A stretch of DNA of 64,000 bases from an uncultured Trueperaceae bacterium (GCA_963799485.1 CAWCXJ010000005.1:128001-192000); one strand, 5' to 3'; shown: positions 9,416 through 20,308, counted from the first letter of the stretch. A program made the numbers and translations. The notes: generated from the letters alone by a model not told the origin.

Positions 9416-12040
9416 ATGCCCGAACTCGCCAAACAGTACGACCCTTCAAGCGTAGAAGGAAAATGGGTCAAACGCTGGGCTGAAACGCCCTTTACGGCAG
9501 ATGCACAGAGCGAAAAACCCCCCTTTTGCATCGTCATTCCGCCGCCGAACGTGACGGGCAATTTGCACCTCGGTCACGCCTTCGACAATACGCTTATCGA
9601 CACCCTGATCCGTTTCAAGCGGATGAACGGCTTTGAAGCGCTGTTTCAACCCGGTACCGACCACGCGGGTATCTCCACCCAAGTGCAGGTCGAGCGGGCT
9701 CTGCGCGCCGAAGGCAAAACCAAGGAAGACCTGGGCCGTGAGGCGTTTTTAGAGCGCATGTGGGCTTGGAAAGAGCGTTACGGCGATATTATTTTAGGAC
9801 AGCTTCAGCGGTTGGGAGTTTCCGCCGACTGGAGCCGTACCCGTTTTACGCTGGATGAAGGCTTGACCAGAGCGGTGCGTAAACAGTTTGTAGAGCTGTA
9901 TCACCGGGGGCTCATCTACCGGGGTGAGCGCATCGTCAACTGGGACCCGGAGAGCCGGACGACCTTGAGTGACCTCGAGGTCGACCGCGAAGACCGCCCT
10001 GGAGAGCTCTACACGCTTTCTTACGAACTCGGAAACGGCGGCGCGCTTACGGTTGCGACCGTGCGCCCTGAAACGATCTTCGCCGACGTCGCCTTAGCCG
10101 TTCACCCGGATGACGCGCGCTTTACGCATTTGCACGGACAAAAGGCCCGGATTCCGCTCACCGAACGCTGGATACCGATTATCACCGACGAAGCCGTCGA
10201 GATGGATTTCGGTACGGGCGCGCTCAAGATTACGCCCGCGCACGACCCGACCGACTTTGAAATCGGTGAGCGCCACGGCTTGCCGCACCCGAGCGTGATT
10301 GACCTGGACGCCAAGCTGACGGGAGAACTCGTGCCCGAAGCTTTTAGAGGGCTGGACAGGTTCGAGGCCAGAACCGCCGTCGTTACTGCTTTGCAAGAAG
10401 CCGAGAACCTCGTGAACACGCAGGCTTACACGGTTCCGCTCGGGGTGTCGCAACGCACGGGCGTGCCGGTCGAACCGATTCTCTCAACGCAGTGGTTTTT
10501 CAAGATGGGCGAGGTTGCGCCGCGAGTTCTCGCTGCGCTTGGGGCCGGTGAGATGCGCCTTTCCCCCGAGCGCTACACCAAGGTCAACCGCGACTGGCTC
10601 CAAAACCTGCGCGACTGGAACATCTCCCGGCAGCTCTGGTGGGGCCATCAGATTCCGGCGTGGTTTGATGCTGAGGGCAATATCTATGTGCCCGACCCGG
10701 AAAGTCCCGAGCTCGAGCCGCCCGACGACCCGCGTTATGCGGGCATTACGCTGACCCAAGACAGTGATGTGTTCGACACCTGGTTTTCATCGAACCTCTG
10801 GCCTTTTTCAACCCTCGGCTGGCCCGACTTGGAAGACCCGTTTTTTAGGAAGTTTTACCCGACTTCAGCGCTCGTTACGGGCTACGACATTCTGTTTTTT
10901 TGGGTGACGAAAATGCAGTTGGCAAGTTATGCGTTACTGGACGAAAAGCCTTTCTCTGACATCGTGCTGCACGGGCTGGTCTTGGACGAACACGGGCAGA
11001 AGATGTCGAAATCGAAGGGCAACGGGATCGATCCCTTGACCGTGATGGACGCGTTCGGTGCGGACGCGCTGCGGTTTGCGGTGGCGCATACCTCCACAGG
11101 CGGGCAAGACATCCGCTGGGACGCGCGCCGCGTCGAGATGGGCCGTAACTTCAACAACAAGCTCTGGAACGCAGCGCGGTTTGCGATGCTGAATTTTGGC
11201 GACGCTGTCCCTCGAAGGGACGCCGTAAAACCTGAAACCCTCGCCGACCGCTGGATTTTAAGCCGGTTGCAGCACGCTACTCAGGAGGTGACGCGGCACC
11301 TCGGCGCGTTCGATTTGGGCGCGGCGACCCGCGCCGCCTACGAGTTCGTCTGGTCGGAGTTTTGCGACTGGTACTTGGAGGCGGCGAAACCGGAGCTGCG
11401 CGAAGGCAACGCGGTGACCAGAGCGGTTTTGGCTCGCGTCCTAACCGACATCTTGAAGCTGTTGCACCCGCTCATCCCGTTTATTACTTCAGAGCTGTAC
11501 GAAGCGCTAGGTTTTGACGAGCAGTTGGGTTGGGCGTCTTGGCCCCAGGTTGACAAGGCGTTTACAGATTCTAGAGTAGAGCACGATTTTTCTCTCTTAC
11601 AAGCCTCGGTTACGGAGGTGCGAAATCTAAGAGCGAAGGCAAACGTCCCGTTCTCGCAGAGAATTGACGATCTGCTGGTCAAAGGTGACGTTGCTCGCGT
11701 AATCGGTGAGAACAGAAGGGTTTTTGACAGCCTGGCCAACGCTGGTGTTACCTTTGAGGCAAGTGTAAAGCACACGGATAGTGCCGCCCTCACTTCGGCT
11801 TTTACAGGTGGAGATATAACTGTCCCTCTCGAGGGTCTAGTAGACCTGGACGAGTGGCGGGCAAGGCAGGAAAAACGCCTGAAAGAGCTGCAGAATAACC
11901 GTGACAAAAGTGCTAAAAAGCTGTCAAACGCTAAGTTTGTGCAAAACGCGCCCGCTGCGGTCGTCGAAGAAGAAAAACGTCGCCTTGAAGAAGCCGAAGC
12001 GCTGATTGGGGGGCTCGAGGTCAGCTTGCGTGCGCTTTAG
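9416..12040 (+). CDS. valS: Valine--tRNA ligase
   Basis: PPPNVTGNLHLGH (HIGH), DWNISRQLWWGH, KMSKS, C-terminal coiled coil. Confidence 0.98.
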   Translation: MPELAKQYDPSSVEGKWVKRWAETPFTADAQSEKPPFCIVIPPPNVTGNLHLGHAFDNTLIDTLIRFKRMNGFEALFQPGTDHAGISTQVQVERALRAEGKTKEDLGREAFLERMWAWKERYGDIILGQLQRLGVSADWSRTRFTLDEGLTRAVRKQFVELYHRGLIYRGERIVNWDPESRTTLSDLEVDREDRPGELYTLSYELGNGGALTVATVRPETIFADVALAVHPDDARFTHLHGQKARIPLTERWIPIITDEAVEMDFGTGALKITPAHDPTDFEIGERHGLPHPSVIDLDAKLTGELVPEAFRGLDRFEARTAVVTALQEAENLVNTQAYTVPLGVSQRTGVPVEPILSTQWFFKMGEVAPRVLAALGAGEMRLSPERYTKVNRDWLQNLRDWNISRQLWWGHQIPAWFDAEGNIYVPDPESPELEPPDDPRYAGITLTQDSDVFDTWFSSNLWPFSTLGWPDLEDPFFRKFYPTSALVTGYDILFFWVTKMQLASYALLDEKPFSDIVLHGLVLDEHGQKMSKSKGNGIDPLTVMDAFGADALRFAVAHTSTGGQDIRWDARRVEMGRNFNNKLWNAARFAMLNFGDAVPRRDAVKPETLADRWILSRLQHATQEVTRHLGAFDLGAATRAAYEFVWSEFCDWYLEAAKPELREGNAVTRAVLARVLTDILKLLHPLIPFITSELYEALGFDEQLGWASWPQVDKAFTDSRVEHDFSLLQASVTEVRNLRAKANVPFSQRIDDLLVKGDVARVIGENRRVFDSLANAGVTFEASVKHTDSAALTSAFTGGDITVPLEGLVDLDEWRARQEKRLKELQNNRDKSAKKLSNAKFVQNAPAAVVEEEKRRLEEAEALIGGLEVSLRAL

Positions 12041-12244
12041 CACCTGCCGAGGGTAGAGCAGTAAAAAAGCTACAGCTCGGGTTCGGTGCCGGGGAAGCTC
12101 AGCTCGAGCGCAGCCGTAAGCACCTAAAAGGGTTTAGTTTGCAGCGCCCGAGACCGCCTGTTCAAGCCGACTTGGGGGCATTAGCAAACTTCAAAAAATA
12201 CCCTCGCCGGGCGCGTGTTTTGCTCCGGTCGCTGCTCTAACCAC

Positions 12245-12273
12245 AAAAAAGCCTCACCCGTAGGTGAGGCTTT
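12245..12273. terminator. Intrinsic terminator (minus-strand U-tract, possibly bidirectional)
   Basis: AAAAAAGCCTCACC-CGTA-GGTGAGGCTTT. Confidence 0.8.
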
Positions 12274-12313
12274 GAGAGCTTGGAACCTTGTTCGGCGGAA
12301 ACCCCATTCGGCC

Positions 12314-14869
12314 CTATTCGGTCGGCGGGTTCAGGTAGCTCGTCAGCATCAAACCGTAATCGCCGGTGGTGGCGTTTGCCGGGTTGATGGAGTCCCAGGC
12401 GATAACGACGACGTAGTAGGTTCCGCCGGTCTCGCTGGTGTAGGTGGCGCGCGACTCGCGGCCGCTATAGTCGTCGTTAAAGGCGACCTGCTCAAAGTCT
12501 CCGTTATAGATGCCCAAAAGCGTATCGGGTACGCCGCTCTCTTCGGTCTCGACGTCGGCGACGAGTGTTTCGCCGGCGGCTACATCGACCTCGAAGATGT
12601 CGGCGTCGTCTTCACCTAAAGCGGCGTTTAGGGCGCTCCCGAGTGCGACGCTCTGCGCGCCGTCAAAGTTGACGTTTTGAATTGTCGTGCTGACGGCTTC
12701 GGCGCTGCCGTTGGGCTCTTGTTCGTCGCCGATAATGGGCGCGATGTCGAGGTCGTAGAGGTTGAAGGGGCTGTTAGCCGCCGGCGCGCCACTCACCTCG
12801 GAAACTTCGACGTAAACTACGCCGCCCTCGGGAGCCGTAAAGTCCACGAGCGGGTCGCTGCTAAAGGTCTGGTTGTCGTTGTTTTCAGCCAGCACCGAAC
12901 CGTCTTCGGCGTAGACCGTCAGGGCCGCGTCGAAGCTGCCGGTGGCGGTCTCGAAGTTGACGCGGTAGGGTGTGCCGCCGGTTACGGGTAGCGCGTACAC
13001 GTCTACGTCGGTGTCGGCGTTTTCGTCGTACAAGCTGGCGCGCAGCGTGAGGCTGTCCGCCCCGAGTTCGGCGGCGGTGGCGATCTCGCCGTTAGGCTCG
13101 AACGGATCATCGAAGGTATCGACGTCGAGTGCAACCTGCACGTTGGTGGTGTTGCCGGGGGTGATCGTCACGTCCGTTTCGGCGGTCGCGGCGGGAATGC
13201 CGGTCGTAGCGGTGTGCGGCCCGCTGACCTGGAGGGTATAGTCGCCCGCATCCATCTGCTGAAACAACCCGAGGCCCAGGGGGACGAAGAGCGAGCCGTC
13301 GGAAGTCTGGGTGTATTCGACGGCGTTGTCGCCCTCTTTAGGGATCAGGACCAGGCCGACAGTGGGAATCTGCACGTTGGGATTACTCGCGAGCACAGCA
13401 CTGACCAAAACCGAACCGCCGTCTTCAACCGGGTCGGAGGCCACTTTCAGCGCGCGCTGAACTGCTGCTGCCGAGTTGACAATTCCGGCACCGAGGGCGC
13501 TGCGGTCGTAGCCGCTGGGCTTGAAGGCGGTTTCGCGGAGGATGTGACGAACCTGTGCGGCGCTTAGAACGCCTGTAATGTTGCCGTTGGTGTCGCGTTC
13601 GGCGCTAGCCTCGAGCACCAGCGCGGCGGTACCGGCGGTCGCAGGGCTCGAGAACGAGGTGCCGTTAATATAGGTGTAGGCGTTTTCACCGTCGCAAGAG
13701 CTGCCGTCGGGGGTGGCGTAGATACAGCTGCGCGTCGTCGGCACCCAGATATTTTCACCGGGCGCAGCGACGTCTACCTGCAGACCGCGGTTCGAGAAGC
13801 TGGTACGCCCGTCTTGCGGAGTTGTCGCCGCGACGTTGATGAGGCCGGGAGTCCACGACGGGAACGACGGGCCTTCGGTCGGGGTGTTACCCGCCGAGGT
13901 CACCAGTACGATGCCCGAGCTGAGCATCAGGTCCATGGTGTCTTTGATGGCCTGGCTATAAAAGTCGCTACCCCACGACATGTTGACGACGTGGACGTAA
14001 GCACCGGTTTGGGGATCGGTACCGGGGGCGCGGTCGTCGCCACCGGGTTGTAGGTCGGGCCCGAGTACCGCAAAGATCGCCGAACTGATAATGGCCGAAT
14101 CGACGAGACCACCATCTTCGGGTTCGCTGATAGCGAGCGGCACGATGCTCGCGCCGTAAGCCGTGCCGAGGCCGCCAAGTTCGTTGCTGACCGCAGCGGC
14201 AGTTCCGGCAACCGAGGTTCCGTGATTGCCGGTGCCGTCGTGCGGCGTTTCGGGGGTGATAAAGGCGTCCTCGAGGGGTTCGCCTTCGCCCAGGTTAGCG
14301 GCCTTAAAACCGTCGAAACCCGGATAGAACATGTTGTCCACCAAGTCGGGGTGGCGGTGGTCGATAAAGTCGTCGAGAATCCCGATACGGATACCGGCAC
14401 CGGTAACCCCTTTATTCCAGGCTTCCAGCGAGTTCATCTGGCGGTGCATCCACTGCACGGCGAAGTCCGGGTCGGGAACGCTGACCTGGCTGGGGCTCAG
14501 GGTCGTTTTGACGCCACCCGCTCCGGCGGGGTCTTCGGGGCGGCGGTGAACATAGTTGGGTTCGGCGTAGCGAAGCCCGCGCAGGTATTGCGCGTTGGCC
14601 TGCGCCTTGGCGACCGGCAGACCCTTGGGCAGCGTCACGAGCGCCGCACCGATCTGCGACCAGTCGGTTTTGAGGGTACCGCCGAGCTTGCGGGCGAGGG
14701 CGGCGGCGTCGGCCCCTTTACGGTAGCCAATCACGAGTTCGCCCGCGATAAAGCCGCGGCTGTCGATCTGGTAGGTATAGTCCGGGGCGCTGGCCTGCGG
14801 TGCCCGAACGTTGGTCTGGCAGGCAGTCAGCGTCAAAAGCAGTAGTGCGCCGGTAAAGTAACGTCTCAT
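12314..14869 (-). CDS. S8 subtilase lipoprotein with C-terminal PPC-like domains
   Basis: Lipobox LTAC; catalytic ILDD, HGTSVAG and GTSFSSP motifs; two acidic C-terminal D-x-D-x-Y/F...NDD repeats. Confidence 0.9.
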   Translation of the reverse strand: MRRYFTGALLLLTLTACQTNVRAPQASAPDYTYQIDSRGFIAGELVIGYRKGADAAALARKLGGTLKTDWSQIGAALVTLPKGLPVAKAQANAQYLRGLRYAEPNYVHRRPEDPAGAGGVKTTLSPSQVSVPDPDFAVQWMHRQMNSLEAWNKGVTGAGIRIGILDDFIDHRHPDLVDNMFYPGFDGFKAANLGEGEPLEDAFITPETPHDGTGNHGTSVAGTAAAVSNELGGLGTAYGASIVPLAISEPEDGGLVDSAIISSAIFAVLGPDLQPGGDDRAPGTDPQTGAYVHVVNMSWGSDFYSQAIKDTMDLMLSSGIVLVTSAGNTPTEGPSFPSWTPGLINVAATTPQDGRTSFSNRGLQVDVAAPGENIWVPTTRSCIYATPDGSSCDGENAYTYINGTSFSSPATAGTAALVLEASAERDTNGNITGVLSAAQVRHILRETAFKPSGYDRSALGAGIVNSAAAVQRALKVASDPVEDGGSVLVSAVLASNPNVQIPTVGLVLIPKEGDNAVEYTQTSDGSLFVPLGLGLFQQMDAGDYTLQVSGPHTATTGIPAATAETDVTITPGNTTNVQVALDVDTFDDPFEPNGEIATAAELGADSLTLRASLYDENADTDVDVYALPVTGGTPYRVNFETATGSFDAALTVYAEDGSVLAENNDNQTFSSDPLVDFTAPEGGVVYVEVSEVSGAPAANSPFNLYDLDIAPIIGDEQEPNGSAEAVSTTIQNVNFDGAQSVALGSALNAALGEDDADIFEVDVAAGETLVADVETEESGVPDTLLGIYNGDFEQVAFNDDYSGRESRATYTSETGGTYYVVVIAWDSINPANATTGDYGLMLTSYLNPPTE

Positions 14870-14877
14870 CACGCCTC

Positions 14878-16530
14878 CTAAAAGCTGCCGTCGCCGGTGG
14901 AAAAGGTGTTTACGGGGCCGTCGGAAACGCCGAAACCGACGCCAAAGAAGTCGAAGAAGTCCGCGCCGACCGAGATGGCGTTTTCGCCCTCGATTTCACC
15001 TTCGCTACTTACCGTGCCGTTACTCGTGATGGCGACAGGTTGCCAGTCGTAACCGTGGAAGGGTTGCAGCGCGTCGTTGACGGCGCTGCCGTCTAGGTTA
15101 TGGGACAAGCTAAACTCGGTCTCGGCGCCGAGGTCGACGCCGAGAAAAACCCACTCGAGGGGACTGCCGTCGGCGTGAACCCGGTCGAGTACAGCTGCGC
15201 CGATGTAGAGCAGGTTGTCGCGGTTGTCTACGGCGATATCGTAGGTGGGGGAGACCGATACATCAACCGCGTTGTTATCGGGACTGAGCGCCGCGACCTC
15301 GAGGATCGGCAGCGGGGTGACAAACGCATCTTTGGACGTACTCGAGGCGTCGCCGTAAAACGCTTCGACGCGGTACTGGGTCTTTACGCCGGCCTCCAAG
15401 CCGGCGCTGGCGTCGCGGTAGCTGTACAGCGTGTTGTCTTCGTTTTCCGGGTCCAGCGACGCCTGCGCGGGACTAACCTGCGCGATAGGTACGAGGCCCC
15501 CGGCAGGCCGACCGATCAGCTTGCGGTAGATGCGAAAGCCGGTCGGGAGCGTGTCGCCGTCGTAACTAAAAACAACGTCGGCCCAGATCAAGCCCTCGTC
15601 GAGATAGCCTTGAGCTTTTACACCTGGCTGAGCCTTCGGAGCAAACGCTTTAAGCGCGCTCAAGTCATCTGCGCGCACGGCTTTCATCAGTTCGCGACCA
15701 CTAAAACCGACATCCGCACCGGCCCCGCCCGTGGTGCTGAGCGATCCGAACACGGCGGTGTCGGCAAACGTCACGGCGAACGCGCCCAGGTTGGTTACGT
15801 TGCCGAGGTCGGTTTCGTCTGCCGGAGCGCCGACGCTAACGTAACGCACGACTTCGGTGCGGTTGAAGTTGCCGTCGTAGGCGACGACGTGAACGCTCGT
15901 ATCGCCCTCGAAACCGGTAGTCGAGACCTCGACCGGCGTTTCGCTGCCGTCGAAGCCGAAGCTCGTTCCCGCTACCGAGGCGTTGAGGTAGCCCGAGGTG
16001 CCGCGTGACTGACCGAGCCCTACGGTTGCCAGCTCGTAAAATCTGGTGACGTCGGGATCGGCGACGCTGCCGCTGACCGTAAAGCTCAGGCTGCCGTCGT
16101 CGCCACCGGGGACGCTCGAGCCGTTTTCCAGGCTGACGTTTAGCGTGGGTGAGACCGTGGGTAAAAAGGGATCGAACGCTTCGGCTTGGATGGTGCTGTA
16201 CTTCGTTTCGGCGCGGTCGCCAACCCGCAACCCCTCGACCGTAGACGCTGCGTAACCGTCTTGAGAGAACGTCAGGTCGGCAAAACCCGCAGGGATACCG
16301 AAAAGTCGGTAAAAGCCGTTTTCGTCAGTGGTAGTGCTGATTTCGGTTCCGGCGAGCGTCACCACGGTACCGGTCACAGCGGTTCCGGCTTTGCGGTTGA
16401 CGACGTACCCCGAAACGCTGCCGGTACCCGGTGCCCAAGTCGCCGCGTCGAGCGGCGGCGTAGTGGTTTGTGAACAGGCCGCGAGCACAACGAGCAACGC
16501 TACGACCAGACTGCGCGGATAAAGCTTCAT
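14878..16530 (-). CDS. Lipoprotein with carboxypeptidase-regulatory-like beta-sandwich domains
   Basis: Lipobox LAAC; GSVSGYV...TTTDENGFY motif; GGAGG RBS; co-oriented with the S8 protease. Confidence 0.75.
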   Translation of the reverse strand: MKLYPRSLVVALLVVLAACSQTTTPPLDAATWAPGTGSVSGYVVNRKAGTAVTGTVVTLAGTEISTTTDENGFYRLFGIPAGFADLTFSQDGYAASTVEGLRVGDRAETKYSTIQAEAFDPFLPTVSPTLNVSLENGSSVPGGDDGSLSFTVSGSVADPDVTRFYELATVGLGQSRGTSGYLNASVAGTSFGFDGSETPVEVSTTGFEGDTSVHVVAYDGNFNRTEVVRYVSVGAPADETDLGNVTNLGAFAVTFADTAVFGSLSTTGGAGADVGFSGRELMKAVRADDLSALKAFAPKAQPGVKAQGYLDEGLIWADVVFSYDGDTLPTGFRIYRKLIGRPAGGLVPIAQVSPAQASLDPENEDNTLYSYRDASAGLEAGVKTQYRVEAFYGDASSTSKDAFVTPLPILEVAALSPDNNAVDVSVSPTYDIAVDNRDNLLYIGAAVLDRVHADGSPLEWVFLGVDLGAETEFSLSHNLDGSAVNDALQPFHGYDWQPVAITSNGTVSSEGEIEGENAISVGADFFDFFGVGFGVSDGPVNTFSTGDGSF

Positions 16531-16880
16531 AAAACCTCCGAAAAAGAACGCGCTAACTTCCGATCCAACTAGCTAAAACTGCACAAGCTGCCAGACGCCT
16601 CCCCTCGCGCTTTGCCCTTGACCGAGCGCTCGAGTAGTGCTCGGTACAAGATGCATTACATTTAAGCATACGAAACTCCTCACAAAAGGGAAATACGCAT
16701 TTGGTGGTAACACTCTGCTAAGAGTCAAGTGCAAGCGTACCTCAAAATGCCCTTTTGAAGCTACCCCGCCGCCTTGAGACGCCTGAAATATCGCCGCTTA
16801 TCTGACAAAACGCTGACGCAACCCCCGTATTCTCACTCTGTACTGCTTTTGCCCTGTACCACTTCTAGGAGGATATCTAA

Positions 16881-17855
16881 GTGAAACAACTTCTTGCACT
16901 GCTCGCTCTTGGCGCTGCCGCTTCTGGTACGGCGTTCGCCCAGTCCATCGCCGTAGACGGTTCTTCAACGGTTTATCCCATCTCGCTGGCGATGGCTGAA
17001 GAGTTCCAGATCATCAACCCCGACGCCCAGGTTACCGTCGGTTTTGCCGGTACCGGCGGCGGTTTTGAGCGCTTTTGCGCCGGTGAAACCCAGGTTTCAG
17101 ATGCCAGTCGCGTCATTCAAGACGATGAGGTCGCCGCCTGCGACGCTGCCGGTATCCCTTTTATCGAGCTGCCGATTGCCGCCGACGCGCTGACCGTCGT
17201 CGTCAACCCCAAAAACGACTTTGTAACTTGTTTGACGACCGAGCAGCTGACCCAAATCTGGTCAGCGGGTGGCGGCGTCACCAACTGGAGCGACGTCAAC
17301 CCCGACTGGCCCGCTGAACCCATCGACCTCTACGCCCCCGGCGTCGATTCGGGAACGTTCGACTACTTTAACGAAGCCATTATCGGCGACGGCAACGAGA
17401 TTCGCCAGGACTTCTCGCCCAGCGAAGACGACAACGTACTCGTGCAAGGCGTCCAGGGCAACGAGTATGCGATGGGCTTTTTCGGTTACGCCTACTACGC
17501 CGAAAACCCCGACACGCTAAAAGCCGTTGAAATCGACAACGGCAACGGCTGTGTCGCGCCGAGCGCCGAAGCCGTCGTAGATGCGTCTTACGAGCCGCTC
17601 TCACGCCCGCTATTTATCTACGTCAGCCAAAACGCGGTCGACAACACTCCGGCGGTTGGCGATTTCGTCAACTTCTACCTTTCGCCGGATAACCGTGAGC
17701 TGATTACCAGCACGGGCTATGTAGCCTACGACGCCGCCGTGTACGAGGCTGTGCAAGGCCGTTTTGACAACCGCGTTACCGGGAGTGCCTTCGCTAACTT
17801 TCAGCCGGGTGACAACGTAATTGAAGCGGTGCAGAGCGCTGAAGAAGCTCAGTAA
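16881..17855 (+). CDS. pstS: Phosphate ABC transporter substrate-binding protein
   Basis: DGSSTVYP, GTGGGF, DSGTFDYF, SEDDN, YEPLSRPLFIY; AGGAGG RBS. Confidence 0.95.
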   Translation: MKQLLALLALGAAASGTAFAQSIAVDGSSTVYPISLAMAEEFQIINPDAQVTVGFAGTGGGFERFCAGETQVSDASRVIQDDEVAACDAAGIPFIELPIAADALTVVVNPKNDFVTCLTTEQLTQIWSAGGGVTNWSDVNPDWPAEPIDLYAPGVDSGTFDYFNEAIIGDGNEIRQDFSPSEDDNVLVQGVQGNEYAMGFFGYAYYAENPDTLKAVEIDNGNGCVAPSAEAVVDASYEPLSRPLFIYVSQNAVDNTPAVGDFVNFYLSPDNRELITSTGYVAYDAAVYEAVQGRFDNRVTGSAFANFQPGDNVIEAVQSAEEAQ

Positions 17856-17927
17856 ACTGAAAAAGCTCAGCAAAGCTGTAAAGCGCACCTGACGCTCAGC
17901 TGACACTGCGCTGAAATACCTAGACTA

Positions 17928-17957
17928 AGCTAGTCCTTAGCTGAGGACTGGCTTTTT
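17928..17957 (+). terminator. Hairpin/terminator between pstS and pstC
   Basis: AGCTAGTCCT-TAGCTG-AGGACTGGCT followed by TTTT. Confidence 0.6.
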
Positions 17958-17987
17958 CTTATTCAATTCTTTAGTCCGGGAGATTAC

Positions 17988-18932
17988 ATGGCGACCAGAA
18001 CGCCGAATTCGGTGCTAGATAGGGCTCGAGCTGTGGGCCTCAACAAACGTACAAGTCGGCGGGCTGGCGAGGCTGTTATCGGGACGCTCCTGCTCTTGTG
18101 CGCGCTCATCTCGGTGGTGACGACGGTTGCCGTCGTTTTTTCCATCGCCGAGGAAACGGTGCAGTTTTTCCGCGAAGTCTCTGTCGCCGAGTTCTTTACC
18201 AGCCGCGTCTGGGCGCCGCTTTTTGCCACCAAAAGCTTCGGTATCGCGCCGCTCGTGATCGGCACGCTGATGGTCACCTTTATCGCCTGCATCATCGGTT
18301 TGCCGCTAGGCCTCGGCGCGGCGATCTACCTCGCCGAATTTGCGGGCGATAAAACGCGCCGCACGATTACCCCGATTTTAGAGGTGCTGGCAGGCATTCC
18401 CACGGTAGCGCTCGGCTACTTTGCGCTGCTCTTCGTAACGCCGGTTATTCGCAATATCATCCCCGGCGTAAATTTTTTCAACCCGATTTCAGCAGGGATT
18501 GTTATGGGTTTTATGATCATGCCGACGGTCACGTCGATCTCGGTCGATTCGCTGCGCGCAGTACCCCGGAGTTTACGCGAAGCGGGCTACGGTCTCGGCG
18601 CGTCGAAGTATGAGCTGATTACCAGGGTGATCGTCCCGGCGGCGCTTTCAGGTATCGTGGCGTCGTTTATTCTGGCGATCTCGAGGGCTATCGGTGAAAC
18701 GATGATCGTGACGCTCGCCGCCGGTCAAAAACCGACTTTCACCCTCGACCCACGCGAAACGATTGCTACGATGACCTCGTTTATCGTCCAGGCCGGAACC
18801 GGCGACCAGCCTGCCGGATCGATCGGGGCGCGCTCACTCTACGCGGTCGCCGCCGTGCTCTTTACCATGACGCTGCTTCTCAATATCGCGTCGCAACAGG
18901 TCGTGCAGCGCTTTTCGGAGCGTTACGAATGA
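17988..18932 (+). CDS. pstC: Phosphate ABC transporter permease
   Basis: LEVLAGIPTV, EAA loop, SRAIGETMIV. Confidence 0.95.
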   Translation: MATRTPNSVLDRARAVGLNKRTSRRAGEAVIGTLLLLCALISVVTTVAVVFSIAEETVQFFREVSVAEFFTSRVWAPLFATKSFGIAPLVIGTLMVTFIACIIGLPLGLGAAIYLAEFAGDKTRRTITPILEVLAGIPTVALGYFALLFVTPVIRNIIPGVNFFNPISAGIVMGFMIMPTVTSISVDSLRAVPRSLREAGYGLGASKYELITRVIVPAALSGIVASFILAISRAIGETMIVTLAAGQKPTFTLDPRETIATMTSFIVQAGTGDQPAGSIGARSLYAVAAVLFTMTLLLNIASQQVVQRFSERYE

Positions 18933-20308
18933 AAGCATCTATCGAAGCTCCCGCTGTGGCGCGCCGCCCCGCCAAACGCCTCGTCAGCGCCGGCGAAGCG
19001 CGTCGCCTTGCTGCGCGTACCCGGATGGGCCGCATTTTCGCGGTCGTGACTTTCGTTCCGGTCGTGCTGGCGGTCGCGCTCGTTGTTACTTTGTTGCTCG
19101 ATACGCTTTTCGATACCTTTTCATGGCAGATCGTCGAACCGAGTAGCAGCGTCAGTGCTCAGACGTTTGCGTGGTCGGCGGCACCCCTTGGGGGTTACCA
19201 GGTTGTCCGCCTAGACCTCGAGGCGCAAGGCGAAACCCCGGCAGACATCGCCGCGTTTTTCAACGACCCTGAAGAGCTGCGCCTGTTCAACGCGCGCAAC
19301 CGCATCGAACTGATGTGGCGCACGCAGGACGGCCCCTTTCGCTGGGTCGTCACCAACAGTCGTGACGACGGCGTTGCCGACATCGGACTGTTCGGCGTCA
19401 ACGGTTATTTGAGCGGAGTACGAGATGACCTGGCAGAGCAAGACGCAGCGGATTTAGAACCTGCCGCACAAATTCTCCTAACCCGCCTGCAAGCTGCGAA
19501 TTTGGCTTCGTGGAATCCTTTTGCCAACACCGGTCTGCTGGCAAGCACCTTGACAGAGGGTCAAAATCTCTACCTAAACCCGTGGCTCGACTTTTCGTTC
19601 TTGACCAAAAACGCCTCGCGTACACCGGTGGTGGCGGGGCTCAGCGTCGCTTTATTGGGGACACTCTGGGTTATCGGTCTGGTCATTTTGTTTACTCTGC
19701 CGACCGGCGTCGGCGCGGCGATTTACCTCGAGGAGTACGCCTCGGCAAACCGGTTCTCACGACTTTTAGAGGTCAATATCCGCAACCTGGCAGGCGTTCC
19801 CAGCATCGTTTACGGCATTTTGGGTCTTTACCTGTTTGTGCGTCTGGCAAACATCGGCCCGACGATTTTGTCGGCCGCCCTGACCCTTTCGCTGCTCGTT
19901 TTGCCGGTCGTGATTATCGCGGCGCGTGAGGCGATCCGCGCCGTTCCGAGTACGTTACGGCAAGCGAGCTACGGCCTCGGCGCAACCAAGTGGCAAACGG
20001 TCGTTTCGGTCGTTCTGCCTAACTCGGTCGGTGGTATCGTCACCGGCGTTATTCTAGCGATTGCCAGGGCTATCGGTGAAACCGCGCCGCTCCTCTTGGT
20101 CGGCGCAGTCGGTTTTATCGTCTTCCCCCCCGACGGCCCGTTTTCGCGTTATACGGTGATTCCTTCACAGATTTACAACTGGATTGCTGAAAACGACCCC
20201 GAGTTCGCGCACGTCGCCTCGGCGGGTATTATCGTGCTGCTCGTTATCTTGTTTGTTCTTTACGGTCTGGCTTTTTATCTGCGCCGCCGTTTCGAGCGTT
20301 CGTGGTAA
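18929..20308 (+). CDS. pstA: Phosphate ABC transporter permease with enlarged extracytoplasmic loop
   Basis: [30 protein letters not shown] overlap with pstC. Confidence 0.93.
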   Translation: MKASIEAPAVARRPAKRLVSAGEARRLAARTRMGRIFAVVTFVPVVLAVALVVTLLLDTLFDTFSWQIVEPSSSVSAQTFAWSAAPLGGYQVVRLDLEAQGETPADIAAFFNDPEELRLFNARNRIELMWRTQDGPFRWVVTNSRDDGVADIGLFGVNGYLSGVRDDLAEQDAADLEPAAQILLTRLQAANLASWNPFANTGLLASTLTEGQNLYLNPWLDFSFLTKNASRTPVVAGLSVALLGTLWVIGLVILFTLPTGVGAAIYLEEYASANRFSRLLEVNIRNLAGVPSIVYGILGLYLFVRLANIGPTILSAALTLSLLVLPVVIIAAREAIRAVPSTLRQASYGLGATKWQTVVSVVLPNSVGGIVTGVILAIARAIGETAPLLLVGAVGFIVFPPDGPFSRYTVIPSQIYNWIAENDPEFAHVASAGIIVLLVILFVLYGLAFYLRRRFERSW

